DNA of 49,704 nt from a virus (lineage: Duplodnaviria > Heunggongvirae > Uroviricota > Caudoviricetes), in the IMG/VR virus record IMGVR_UViG_3300020049_008481; one strand, 5' to 3'. This document shows, in pieces, positions 10,001-19,575 of this stretch. Numbering within the stretch: the first letter of the stretch is position 1; every line of letters starts with the position of its first letter. The translations under genes and the position numbers were made by a program. The notes below the pieces were generated by a model. It did no database searches and was not told the DNA's origin. It worked only from the letters and a program-made list of their open reading frames with translations.

Positions 10001-11023
10001 CTAGATGAACTGATAGCCAGCACGGACAAGCGGCCCACGAGGATTAACCTCATCAGAAGCCTCGGCAATCCATTTTATAAGAGTCTCCTGATACAGCAAT
10101 GGCAACCTAGTCGCTATAACCCTAATGCCTGGCTCTAAGAAGTTATAACCCCGTATACCTTTTGACATCTTAGGGGCACCCACAACATTCTTTAATTTAC
10201 CGTAACCTTCCGCATTGATGGCCTTAAGCTGGCCCGCCAGATAGAATCTATCCTGCCCTCTTCTCCCCGGACTGTAGGACACAGGCTTCCCATTGGTATT
10301 GAAGAATACGCCTGCGGGCATCAAGAATGATGGGGACGGTTTGGTATCTATAGACAGATTTCCAACATTCTTTCCTTTAATCTTCAAAGGGATTCTTGAA
10401 TTACTAAACGTTTCAAAGCCACGAGCACCAGCACCATAGTTCATTCTACGCCAATGAGGTGCAACGCTATCTAGTAATGCCGTATTACCGAATAAAATAC
10501 CACTAGAAGAAGCTATGATAAAGTCATCTTTTTCCAAAGCTTTTCTTAACATTCCAGGATAACGACTCTCTGGCCTGTACGGACCAAGCTTATTAGACTT
10601 GAATCCTATACCTGAATACTTTAATAGCACAGCCTCCTTAGCGTCTTGAGCCACAATCCTGTGAGCCTCAGCTAAAGATTCTCTTCGGCCTGCCTTGTAT
10701 TTCATAGCATCAGCAAACATCTTAAAATACTGGTTAACGGCACCAGAAGTGCTAGCAATAACCTGCTGGCTGACATCCGTCATAGTGAGTGCAGCAGCAA
10801 ACCCAACCGTCCTAACAGCGTAATTAGCATATGTAGTATTTGCTTCATCAGCATACCTAACTAACCTTTGTCTTTGCAGATACTCAGCAGTTGCCCTAGT
10901 AGTGGTGATGCCTCCCGTCGACCTAGTGCTAACGCCCCTATAGCCTTGGATTAACCTAACCAGTAAGGTATTCTGATCTTGACCTAAACTTTCAAGCCGT
11001 ACAGAAGGATTATAACTTGCCAT
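10001..11023 (-). CDS. Virion morphogenesis protein, basic (340 aa; possible tail completion/neck protein)
   Basis: Long ORF within the neck-gene block; function from position only. Confidence 0.5.
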   Translation of the reverse strand: MASYNPSVRLESLGQDQNTLLVRLIQGYRGVSTRSTGGITTTRATAEYLQRQRLVRYADEANTTYANYAVRTVGFAAALTMTDVSQQVIASTSGAVNQYFKMFADAMKYKAGRRESLAEAHRIVAQDAKEAVLLKYSGIGFKSNKLGPYRPESRYPGMLRKALEKDDFIIASSSGILFGNTALLDSVAPHWRRMNYGAGARGFETFSNSRIPLKIKGKNVGNLSIDTKPSPSFLMPAGVFFNTNGKPVSYSPGRRGQDRFYLAGQLKAINAEGYGKLKNVVGAPKMSKGIRGYNFLEPGIRVIATRLPLLYQETLIKWIAEASDEVNPRGPLVRAGYQFI

Positions 11024-11285
11024 CAGAAGTCACTACCGAATCATAAATATGAGATATCTTATCTAAATATATAGAGTTAAGATGCACAGAATCGTTATTG
11101 ACAGACTTCATTAAAGTGGATGACAGATTAGCTAAATCATTGATCTGATCCAAAATGACCTTACGGAGTCTAGCTTTAGTGTTCTCTGGTAGATAAGTAT
11201 CACATTCATTTTCTTTAAATCTGAGAATGATTGCTATGGCTTCGTTCTTTCTTTTTTCAATAAGATCAATTAGTTCCTGGCTCAT
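11010..11285 (-). CDS. Hypothetical protein (91 aa)
   Basis: ORF overlapping both neighbours in the structural operon. Confidence 0.6.
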   Translation of the reverse strand: MSQELIDLIEKRKNEAIAIILRFKENECDTYLPENTKARLRKVILDQINDLANLSSTLMKSVNNDSVHLNSIYLDKISHIYDSVVTSDGKL

Positions 11286-11809
11286 TATGCATCATCCTCA
11301 CTACCATAGAAATCACTGACTGCAAAGTACACGACGTACCAGTGCTTCTGCCAGGGCTTAGGGAAGTTGCGTGCTCTATCCTGCACAACGTCTTCAATAA
11401 AGCATTTCTTTATAACTGCTGGGGTGGCCACCGTGTAATCGTATAGATCAAAGTGAGGTCCGACTCTGCCAATCGAAGGCAACCGACCTTCAAGGACTGC
11501 AGCCAGATCACTACGTAACTCAATACCAGTTGAACCATCTTCAGCATAAAAATCTAGATAGAATGTATGTCTGTGTTCGGCCATGTTTGAACCTAATTCC
11601 TCATCGGAAGAAAAGATGTCTTCCATTGATAAGGCCAAAGTGTTAATTGGAATCTGTTCAGTATCATCAAAGGCTTTAGCTACGAAGACTACAGGCTCGC
11701 TGGCTCTACTTGTGCCATACCAGCCCAAATCATCAAGCGCACTATCAATCATATGGTATAGGGAATCACGAAGCAGCCTTGCCCGCAATCCACCGACAAT
11801 CTGTGTCAT
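11285..11809 (-). CDS. Putative tail terminator/neck protein (174 aa)
   Basis: Size, position and SD (AAGGGGAG) typical of a tail terminator. Confidence 0.5.
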   Translation of the reverse strand: MTQIVGGLRARLLRDSLYHMIDSALDDLGWYGTSRASEPVVFVAKAFDDTEQIPINTLALSMEDIFSSDEELGSNMAEHRHTFYLDFYAEDGSTGIELRSDLAAVLEGRLPSIGRVGPHFDLYDYTVATPAVIKKCFIEDVVQDRARNFPKPWQKHWYVVYFAVSDFYGSEDDA

Positions 11810-11821
11810 TTCTCCCCTTTA

Positions 11822-12304
11822 CTAAACCGACCCTATGGACGGCAAATCCCTTGCTGCAACATGAACCCTATGAATATCAACTTCAAACAAACCGACAGGC
11901 GGTTCCCAGTATTTTATGTCATATATCTGGCCACCTAACGTAACCCAGTCAGCATCATAAACGTCGTCATAATACGTATCTAACACTGTTATTATCGCGT
12001 TGGACGTATCAAACGTTCCAACATCATTCTGAGTAGTGCTGCTGGCTAGACCGCTATTGGATACAAATTCTACAGCTACAGGTACAATGATTTCAGGTCT
12101 TGTACTATCAGTAGCTGGAGTATCGTCTAAGAAATATGGTTTGCCAGTAACGTCTGTATTTGAGAAAGTAACTTCTCTTTCCCAATAAAAAGTAGCCTGA
12201 TCTGAAACCGTATTAGGCATACCCATAGTCATAGTGGCGATGATCTTTTCCCTGAATAGGGCTGCATCAAACCCACCGAAACCCGAAGCAGTAACTGTAG
12301 CCAT
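11822..12304 (-). CDS. Putative head closure (stopper) protein
   Basis: Probable ATG at 12304 overlapping the upstream stop (TAATG); beta-rich; follows adaptor gene. Confidence 0.5.
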   Translation of the reverse strand: MATVTASGFGGFDAALFREKIIATMTMGMPNTVSDQATFYWEREVTFSNTDVTGKPYFLDDTPATDSTRPEIIVPVAVEFVSNSGLASSTTQNDVGTFDTSNAIITVLDTYYDDVYDADWVTLGGQIYDIKYWEPPVGLFEVDIHRVHVAARDLPSIGSV

Positions 12305-12786
12305 TAAATACCTATGAACCAATCTGAAGCGGTATCTCTAGCCATGACCGAATCAATGTAGTATGTCTCAGTATAGCCCATATCACTTAACCTACTTAGA
12401 AGAATGTTCCTGCGGTTCGTTAGCTCACCTAAGATATCTCTCAAAGTGTTTGCGGACTGCGCAGTCTCATACTCAACCGGGCCAGCCTTAGCCCTAAACT
12501 TGGTGTTCAGGTTTCTAAGAACATTCCTTAGGATTCTAAACCCAGCATAGAAAACAACTAGCTGCTGTATCTCTCGTCCCAAGTCAGTTGATCCAGAAAC
12601 CGGAGTTATAATTCCATCTTCATCTACGGTGTAGCCAGTTATTAATCCGTCAAGCACAGCTTCCCAAAAGCCATCAACAAGATTGCCAAGGAACTCGCTG
12701 TTAGTTGCGTTAGGGAATAAGTCTTCCCCAGGTGGATTAATTTCACGCCGTAAAGACGGTATAAGCTCGCCTAAATCAACTGACAC
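12304..12786 (-). CDS. Putative head-tail adaptor (160 aa)
   Basis: Helical ORF with KAKAGPVEYE-type motif after the capsid block; SD AAGGAG, GTG start. Confidence 0.55.
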   Translation of the reverse strand: MSVDLGELIPSLRREINPPGEDLFPNATNSEFLGNLVDGFWEAVLDGLITGYTVDEDGIITPVSGSTDLGREIQQLVVFYAGFRILRNVLRNLNTKFRAKAGPVEYETAQSANTLRDILGELTNRRNILLSRLSDMGYTETYYIDSVMARDTASDWFIGI

Positions 12787-12846
12787 AGTAACTCCTTTAA
12801 GTCAAATCTATAGTAATAAATTCGACAAAAAGAATTAGGACTGAAG

Positions 12847-13374
12847 TTAGACAGCTACGGGCTTCATGCCGTCGTTGCTGTGAACATCTTCACCCACAGG
12901 AACTGAGGTAGAAATTCGTTCAGAGATTTCCAAAGGTGCAATCTCTCTAACCTGTGAAATTCTATCCTGAATTGCCTTAAGGGTGCTGATGGAAACATCA
13001 GACTCGTTAGCCACGTCAAGCAGGCGCTTAAGGGTTACTTCATTAGTAATATCCTTAAGCTTGGCTTTTACAGTAGCAACCTTGCCCTTAAGTAAAGTAG
13101 TCATCTCTGACGTGCTAATCATATTAGGGTTAGAAGCAATCTCTTCATAACCCTCTGTACCCTCTAGGATTCTCACAGGAACACACCTTCCATTGTGGAA
13201 CAGGTCAACGGTTGAACTCGTTGCTCTATCCTGATTAAAGATTCTATCTTCAGTCGAAATCTGAAACTTCTGACCGCCGTAAACAATCTTATCTTTCATA
13301 TTGCCACGCTTATCAGTTTCCCACACGTAAATCATACCAGCAGAAACATTCTGCCACGTTTCTAATTCAGCCAT
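12847..13374 (-). CDS. Hypothetical protein downstream of major capsid
   Basis: SD AAAAGGAG precedes ATG at 13374 (MAELETW); ORF track start at 13404 is less likely. Confidence 0.6.
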   Translation of the reverse strand: MAELETWQNVSAGMIYVWETDKRGNMKDKIVYGGQKFQISTEDRIFNQDRATSSTVDLFHNGRCVPVRILEGTEGYEEIASNPNMISTSEMTTLLKGKVATVKAKLKDITNEVTLKRLLDVANESDVSISTLKAIQDRISQVREIAPLEISERISTSVPVGEDVHSNDGMKPVAV

Positions 13375-13410
13375 TTGGCTCTCCTTTTCATTTAAATTAA
13401 CCATTAAACA

Positions 13411-13447
13411 ACGATGGGGAGATGGGATTTACCCATCCCCCCATCGT
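13411..13447 (-). terminator. Intrinsic terminator after major capsid gene
   Basis: 16-bp stem; its single mismatch becomes a G.U pair only on the minus-strand RNA; followed by TGTTT. Confidence 0.7.
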
Positions 13448-13466
13448 ATCCCAAACTACTACTTAC

Positions 13467-14429
13467 TTAGCTAATCTTAGCTGTGTAAGCATCAATGCTG
13501 TCATCGACAATTCGACGGATGCGCTCGGGACGATGGACCAGGCCACCGAAGTCACGCTTCGCTAGGAAGTGCCAGTACCAGTTGTTCTGCTCAACGTACT
13601 CCTTCTGCATTAGACCGCCCCAGAAGGCGAACTTAGCAGCATCTCTGGCAACGACGTAAAGCTCGTTGGCAGGGAAGAACGGAATTCGGTTGTCATCAGC
13701 GAAGTTTGTTAGAGTAACAATCTTCGCACCCTTGTACGAGCCTAGGATGCCACGAAGAAGATCCTCGTTAGTACCCGGAAGGAACGCAGGGAAAGTGCTG
13801 TTACCTGAAAGCTGATCAACGATCTGGCCAGTCATGGTCTCACGACCAATAATGGTTACTTCGTAGCTTTCAGACTCGTCACGGACAGAACGGATAGCTG
13901 AATCTAGCGCAGTTAGCGAAAGGCCAGTGCCTGACACGTAGTACGGGCTAGAGTTATCTACCGCTGACTGGAAGAGTGAAATCACTCGCAGGTTAACCGC
14001 AGCGTCGAGACGCTTAGTACCTAGCTGAACAACGTTACGCTGGGTCTCAGCGAAGTTGGTCATCAGCTTCTCTTCCTCTTCGTAAACGTGGAAACCAACG
14101 GTGTCCCGAGGTAGTTCCATCACGTTTGACTGGAGGTTCGATGCCTCGATGTAGCCACCACGAGCTACCCAAAAGGCACGCAGACCACGAGTTTCCTTAA
14201 CGAATACTCGACCATCAAGCGGTTCGTTAGAAACATCAGCCATCAAAGAAAGAAGGTTCTGCGATTCGAAACCACGATAAATGGTATTGGACATTTGCTG
14301 AGCCATATCACGGTGCCACTTCGGATCATCCCAGTTATCCTGAGCATCCTTGTTAGCCCGAGCTACAGCTTCACGAAGCGATGCACGCTCCGCTTCAGTT
14401 CTACCGTGGGCGTCTAGTAATTCTGACAT
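13467..14429 (-). CDS. Major capsid protein (HK97-fold, 320 aa)
   Basis: Strong SD AAAGGAGGG, biased codon usage, followed by terminator, downstream of scaffold and decoration genes. Confidence 0.82.
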   Translation of the reverse strand: MSELLDAHGRTEAERASLREAVARANKDAQDNWDDPKWHRDMAQQMSNTIYRGFESQNLLSLMADVSNEPLDGRVFVKETRGLRAFWVARGGYIEASNLQSNVMELPRDTVGFHVYEEEEKLMTNFAETQRNVVQLGTKRLDAAVNLRVISLFQSAVDNSSPYYVSGTGLSLTALDSAIRSVRDESESYEVTIIGRETMTGQIVDQLSGNSTFPAFLPGTNEDLLRGILGSYKGAKIVTLTNFADDNRIPFFPANELYVVARDAAKFAFWGGLMQKEYVEQNNWYWHFLAKRDFGGLVHRPERIRRIVDDSIDAYTAKIS

Positions 14430-14444
14430 ATCACACCCTCCTTT

Positions 14445-14999
14445 CTAAAAGAGGAACTGGGCTTCGACCTCACCGCGGTCAGTATCGACCGAAGTGACTA
14501 CAAGCCAAGCATTAGCGAGTGTTGCAGTTTCCTGCCAGTAGCCATCGGTGTCATCACCGTTAGCTACAGGCTCAAGGTAGTTACCAACCGCAACGGTCGG
14601 AGTGGCGCCAGCGCCAACTACCATGAGTCTTCCCGCATAAGAACGGGAATGGAGGAAAGTTGAGTCTTCAGTGTTAGTGAAGACGACCTTAACGTTCGGA
14701 CCACTTACGACCTGAACAGCCTGATCCGCAGGAGCGGTACCAAGGTCAGAATAAGTAGTGAGCGCAGGGTCTACGTCCTGATACATGATATGCTCGAAGA
14801 CAACGATGCCACAACGACCCTTAATAGGCGGTGTAGCGGCGCTTGCCTGCTCTACAATTTCACGACCAAGAGCATCGAAATCACCTGAACCCTGAACCGG
14901 AGCACCGATCGCAATCTCAGCATCAACTGAGAAACGGCCAGCACGGCTTGAGGCATCGGGGGTGACTCTAAAATCGAAGTTACGTCCTAATGAACCCAT
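14445..14999 (-). CDS. Putative capsid decoration/cement protein (184 aa)
   Basis: Beta-rich ORF between scaffold and major capsid, strong SD. Confidence 0.6.
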   Translation of the reverse strand: MGSLGRNFDFRVTPDASSRAGRFSVDAEIAIGAPVQGSGDFDALGREIVEQASAATPPIKGRCGIVVFEHIMYQDVDPALTTYSDLGTAPADQAVQVVSGPNVKVVFTNTEDSTFLHSRSYAGRLMVVGAGATPTVAVGNYLEPVANGDDTDGYWQETATLANAWLVVTSVDTDRGEVEAQFLF

Positions 15000-15013
15000 A
15001 TACTACACCCCCT

Positions 15014-15730
15014 CTAGAGGCTAGAAAGATCTACACCCTGAAGGGTAAGATCAAAAACTGTGGATAGTGGAGAGGTCGAACCAAGTGATTCGTCCCGGCT
15101 AGACACAGCTACAGTTACATCAGGAATCTCAGTAAGATCCTCAGATGCAGCCTTAGCGGGTGCAATAGCCTTCCAATCGTTGACTAGAGCTTCGAAGCTC
15201 TCGGCTGGCATAGCAGCCCAACGATCGGCATTGTCCGTGACATAAGCGTCAGGGAACGAAGCTACTTCAGCTACAATCGCAAGACGTTCATCACGAAGTC
15301 GTGCAGTCTCAGCCTCGGCCTCAGCCGCAGCATGTAGCTCATTAAAGTAATCTAGAATTGAAGCAGTTTCCTGCTTCGCAGCTTCAGCTTCAAGAACCGC
15401 TGAATCGAGCTTAGCATTAAGCTCAGCAATCTCAGCATTCTTAGCAGCCTCAAGAGCAGTAACTCGCTCATCTGCTTCAGCAGCCGCCTGAGAGGCGGTT
15501 AGCTCGTCAATCTGCGCCTGAAGGGGCGCAACAGCATCAGCTAGCTTCGCAGCCAGATCCTCTTCTGAATAAATTGCAGTCATTCTCACCTCCCTAGGTG
15601 GACTTTCAAGCTCCCCCAAGGAAGCGGTATCAATACAAAAAAGACAATCAGCATCGTCATGACTAGCCCCTTCGGGCATCTGCGCTAGCAATTCATCGTG
15701 AGCGATTTTCATGTCGTTGAATTCCATCAT
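15014..15730 (-). CDS. Capsid scaffolding protein (238 aa)
   Basis: Very acidic Ala/Glu-rich coiled-coil ORF before decoration and capsid genes. Confidence 0.72.
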   Translation of the reverse strand: MMEFNDMKIAHDELLAQMPEGASHDDADCLFCIDTASLGELESPPREVRMTAIYSEEDLAAKLADAVAPLQAQIDELTASQAAAEADERVTALEAAKNAEIAELNAKLDSAVLEAEAAKQETASILDYFNELHAAAEAEAETARLRDERLAIVAEVASFPDAYVTDNADRWAAMPAESFEALVNDWKAIAPAKAASEDLTEIPDVTVAVSSRDESLGSTSPLSTVFDLTLQGVDLSSL

Positions 15731-15735
15731 GTGTA

Positions 15736-15762
15736 CTTTCGGTGGAGACAGATTTTAATTAA
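15736..15762 (-). promoter_or_regulatory. Putative sigma28/WhiG-type late promoter (leaderless scaffold transcript)
   Basis: TTAA-N15-ACCGAAAG, 5 nt before ATG 15730. Confidence 0.55.
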
Positions 15763-16544
15763 GCTTTTGCGCTTTCAGTATAAGCTTTTAGAAGCAACTC
15801 ACCCATAACAAATTCCCACTGACGAGCGTCAAGATAAGGAGCAGCCTGTTCGGCCATTTCGTATGCAGCCTCAGCTTCAACCTGATGTTCTTTTACAAGT
15901 TCACTGATTGACCTAGCCTCAGCATTATTCCATCCAGGTCTAGTCGGGGGAACAATTAAAGCGCCAGCTAAAAAGTGAGGATTTTCTAGATGCCTTACAG
16001 AAACATGGGCCTGTAGGTGTTCACAATATGTTGCACTATCAGCACCGACATATGGGAAAGATTCCATACATCCGTTCTCACCCTCACATATGATGTTCTT
16101 AGCTATAGTTTCCATACTAAAGAATAAGCTCCCGGCTGCGTCAGCAGCTTCAATAGCTGCCAGTTCTTTAGGAAAGTAGAAAGACCAAAAGGCAGCTAGA
16201 GCTTCAATGTAAGGATTAAAAATACCGCTCTCGGCTGCAGCATCCAGAGGGAACACCATATCAGTGGCCACGAAAGACCCGACAATGCTTCTAGGATTAT
16301 GAAGCATGTTTAGGGGTGCATGGTCAATGGTCGGCTGACTCATCTCTAGATCGGCCATAGTGAAGAATTGCTTGTTCTGGTTAGGATTGTCGGCCTCAAC
16401 AAACTTACCGAGAATCCATTTCATAGCAGGGTTGTGTTTTACAAACTTCTCTGCCCAAGCCTTATCAATAGAGGTATCTAGAATATGAGCCTGAGCACCC
16501 ATGAAAAAAGAATTCTTACCTTCAATAACCACTGACTCACTCAT
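15759..16544 (-). CDS. Putative prohead maturation protease (261 aa)
   Basis: Between portal and scaffold; APLNMLHN and FFSME segments compatible with His/Ser protease motifs. Confidence 0.55.
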   Translation of the reverse strand: MSESVVIEGKNSFFMGAQAHILDTSIDKAWAEKFVKHNPAMKWILGKFVEADNPNQNKQFFTMADLEMSQPTIDHAPLNMLHNPRSIVGSFVATDMVFPLDAAAESGIFNPYIEALAAFWSFYFPKELAAIEAADAAGSLFFSMETIAKNIICEGENGCMESFPYVGADSATYCEHLQAHVSVRHLENPHFLAGALIVPPTRPGWNNAEARSISELVKEHQVEAEAAYEMAEQAAPYLDARQWEFVMGELLLKAYTESAKA

Positions 16545-18169
16545 TATTTCTTACCTTTCGGAACCGGAGCTTTATTAGATGTGAAAGAATCAGGGTTTGT
16601 GCCGCCCTTGTTTCTACCTTCTGCTTTAGGATCGACAGGTTTAGAATCTTTTTGATCAACAGGCTGGTCAGTATTAACTACGCCAGAATAAGGAACCGTA
16701 GTCGGTACGAAGATTTCATCGTATTCTTCAGACTCACGCTTACGCTTACGTGCCTCATTGTCCTGGTCATAGCCAACTTCATCAAGAGTTGTTTCACGAG
16801 AAATGTCACCACGGTCACGAAGTTGCTGGATGTAACCGATGATGGCCGGGTCAAGAGCAAGAGCAATTCTCTTCGGGTGGAACTTGAGTTCAGACTCCGC
16901 AGTAAGCGAGTCATTCATCTCAAATGTTCTTTTAATAATCTCTTTAGTGACCTTCTCAACTAAACCGTCACGGCGGGACTCTAGACCTCTAGCCACAATT
17001 TTAGCTAACTTAATAGAATCATCAGTCTTAGTTCCTGAACCATTCTGGCCAGACAGGAACAGGCCAAGCAGCCTGCCTTCAATCTTTGAATCAAGTAGAT
17101 TATGACGTTGTGGATCTAAAGTATGATCACTCTTAGGTGTGATGATTTCTATTTCTAAACGGTGGTCTGAAATAATGATAGGCACACGTGCAACCTGCTT
17201 CACTTGAGCACCTAAAGCAGCAAGCTCCTGAGCTTTAGCGGGACGTTCATCCGAACCCTTTTTCACAAGGATGATGAAAGAAGTAGATCCGATAAGGACT
17301 GCCCTATCCATCGCCCTAAGCTGGTTCTTTAAATCAAGAAGCTCAAAGACTGACTTCATGCGTACAGGGGAGAATTTTTGATACGGCGGACGTGTCTCAC
17401 CATATCTCCATACCCTATCAGACAGCAAGAAGATGTCATTAGCTGGGAGTCCCTGGTCGGAAAGCTTCTGTCTCTCTAGATTGCTGGGATTATATTCATC
17501 AATGATCATCGCACGAACAGTTAAGTCATTTATATTGCCACTAAGGACATTTCTGAAAGCTTCAGCTTCCTGAGGGTCCGCAATATAGACTAGCTGCTCT
17601 TTCCCGAACATGAAGTTACCGACAGGCATAACTTTAGTGGGGTCCAGTAGCGTGATCCCCTGTGGGACTTTAAGATTAAATACTTTCTTACGTGAAACTC
17701 CACTAGAAGACTTGCCTCTAACCTTAAAACTCTGGGACCCCCACCATGTGAAAGCATAGAACTGGCTGACTGTAAAAAGCTCACGCCACATCTCTTTCAG
17801 GCGCATGTTTAAGTCAATATTCTCCGCAATCTGATTCCAGATATCTTCCTGATCTTCATCATCAGCCTCAAAGTCTAATGTGCCGAAAGCCAGACTCTCA
17901 GACATTTCGCACACGCCTGAAACAATATCATCGGATTCAGCAGCCTTAGATGCCATCCTGAACTGATCAAAGATGTTATCAGGAGTCTTATATTTATCCC
18001 GAGCAAACATAGATCCGCTACCCTGCTGGACAGACTGCGCCCAATGGGCCAACGCTCTATACTCAGGGTGATCTTTACCTAACTGGCCAAAAACCTCTTC
18101 ATTCGTAAAGTCTGTTTCGTTGAAAACAACACCATTAGAGTCGGACCAAGGAATAGTTCCAATATCCAT
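16544..18169 (-). CDS. Portal protein (541 aa)
   Basis: Size and position after terminase; LDPTKV/P-loop-like segment and helical C-terminus. Confidence 0.78.
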   Translation of the reverse strand: MDIGTIPWSDSNGVVFNETDFTNEEVFGQLGKDHPEYRALAHWAQSVQQGSGSMFARDKYKTPDNIFDQFRMASKAAESDDIVSGVCEMSESLAFGTLDFEADDEDQEDIWNQIAENIDLNMRLKEMWRELFTVSQFYAFTWWGSQSFKVRGKSSSGVSRKKVFNLKVPQGITLLDPTKVMPVGNFMFGKEQLVYIADPQEAEAFRNVLSGNINDLTVRAMIIDEYNPSNLERQKLSDQGLPANDIFLLSDRVWRYGETRPPYQKFSPVRMKSVFELLDLKNQLRAMDRAVLIGSTSFIILVKKGSDERPAKAQELAALGAQVKQVARVPIIISDHRLEIEIITPKSDHTLDPQRHNLLDSKIEGRLLGLFLSGQNGSGTKTDDSIKLAKIVARGLESRRDGLVEKVTKEIIKRTFEMNDSLTAESELKFHPKRIALALDPAIIGYIQQLRDRGDISRETTLDEVGYDQDNEARKRKRESEEYDEIFVPTTVPYSGVVNTDQPVDQKDSKPVDPKAEGRNKGGTNPDSFTSNKAPVPKGKK

Positions 18170-18172
18170 TTA

Positions 18173-18565
18173 TTATCCCCTTGAAACTTCCCATTCCATC
18201 TGACGAACAGATTGGAATCTACTCCATACTTTAAACTGGCGATCAACCTCTTCAATGAAAGGATCAATCTCTTTAGTTCTAAAAGCAGTGTATTGTCTAG
18301 TTTCAGTCCTAACTAAAGCTAGGCGAATCTCGTTGGCTCTAGCAGAAAATGCAGATAAGGACATGAGAATAGTTTCACCGTCATTAGACGGGAATTGCTT
18401 CATTGCTACATAGAAATTATCAATCTCTCGTCTCCAAGCTGCTACAGCCGAATCCACGGAAGCCCGACTAGATGTATGATTCGGCTGTGCAGTTGGGGCT
18501 ACGGAGAGTCCACCATTTAAAGTTGGAGTTCTAGATACCGTAGTACCTTGTAAAGTTAAAGTCAT
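18173..18565 (-). CDS. Hypothetical protein (130 aa) between terminase and portal
   Basis: Clean ORF with its own putative late promoter. Confidence 0.6.
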   Translation of the reverse strand: MTLTLQGTTVSRTPTLNGGLSVAPTAQPNHTSSRASVDSAVAAWRREIDNFYVAMKQFPSNDGETILMSLSAFSARANEIRLALVRTETRQYTAFRTKEIDPFIEEVDRQFKVWSRFQSVRQMEWEVSRG

Positions 18566-18572
18566 ACATAGT

Positions 18573-18600
18573 TATTCGGAGTTACTATGAGTTTAATTTA
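18573..18600 (-). promoter_or_regulatory. Putative sigma28/WhiG-type late promoter
   Basis: TAAA-N16-TCCGAATA, 7 nt before ATG 18565. Confidence 0.55.
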
Positions 18601-19575
18601 GTAGAGGAAGATGTCTAACACAGGCTCGTCCGGTTCTTTCATGTTCGCTGCTATTTGATCCGTGATATGTTGAACATATCCAAGGACAGCCATACGAGCC
18701 GCGTCCAGAGCGTGGAAAGAACCGCCAGAGAAAGTTTTCTTGCCATAAATATTCATATTATCTTTGATAATAGTATACGTTTGCCCCTGGAACTCTCCAA
18801 TAAGTTCGCTATCCCATGGCAATGTGATTCTTTCATTGTCAACAAAATCTCTAAGAACGTCAGAAGAATACTGTAAAACATTTTTCATCATTGCGGTCTC
18901 AGCTATCGGATCACCAAAATCCTCATCAACTTCAATAGTTGAATCAAATCCAGTAAGAATCTTTTCAGAGAAGTTGTATCCTTTAATTATCTTCGCATAC
19001 TCAGGATATCTAGTCTGCAGGTCAGAGAACAAGGGCAAGCCCAAGCCAGTCTTATCCATAGCAAAAGCAGATAAACCATACTCTTTAATGCAATGAACAA
19101 TGGCATCAACTTGGGCAGGATGTGAAAGACGTTCCATATGGATACGAGTTAGTAGAGTTAAGTGAGGATCTTCACCTTTCTTGGCGGGACTTTCTGCAAA
19201 TATAAGAATCTCGGAAGGATGGTTCGTGAAACCCACGTCCATGCCAGCCCAAAAACGCTTACCCATCTTTTTATGCTTACGATTAAAATCTAGATAAAAT
19301 TCTACATTTCCGCCAGTATCTCGCAACATATCATCATTAACACGAATGTACTGATAGATATTTTCATTATAATCAGCATCATTAGGATTTTTCCTGTGCT
19401 CACCAGCGATGCAATTATGAACTAGAATGGGGGTTTCGCCAACATAAAAACTAGGATGATTAGATACCGTCAGGTCGTAACATTTGACATAATCTTTTCC
19501 ACCACTGAGTCTAGTGAATTCCTCACTTCCTCGTTCGAAAATCTCAATACTTTCCACCCTTGGGAAGTTAACCAT
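18598..19575 (-). CDS. terL: Terminase large subunit, C-terminal (nuclease) fragment with N-terminal split-intein C half
   Basis: WAGMDVG RNase H-like motif and FHALDAARMA C-terminal motif; first 54 aa end in ILVHN followed by Cys. Confidence 0.88.
   Translation of the reverse strand: MVNFPRVESIEIFERGSEEFTRLSGGKDYVKCYDLTVSNHPSFYVGETPILVHNCIAGEHRKNPNDADYNENIYQYIRVNDDMLRDTGGNVEFYLDFNRKHKKMGKRFWAGMDVGFTNHPSEILIFAESPAKKGEDPHLTLLTRIHMERLSHPAQVDAIVHCIKEYGLSAFAMDKTGLGLPLFSDLQTRYPEYAKIIKGYNFSEKILTGFDSTIEVDEDFGDPIAETAMMKNVLQYSSDVLRDFVDNERITLPWDSELIGEFQGQTYTIIKDNMNIYGKKTFSGGSFHALDAARMAVLGYVQHITDQIAANMKEPDEPVLDIFLY
19414..19575 (-). mobile_element. Split intein C-fragment (54 aa)
   Basis: VESIEIF...CYDLTVSNHPSFYV...ILVHN|C = intein blocks F and G; own ATG with AGGT SD-like sequence. 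Confidence 0.85.

Noticed and set aside
14430-14447. In-frame read-through from decoration gene into major capsid (TAG AAA GGA GGG TGT GAT ATG)
   Set aside because: The spacer is a strong SD for the capsid gene, and in-frame spacing occurs by chance one time in three.
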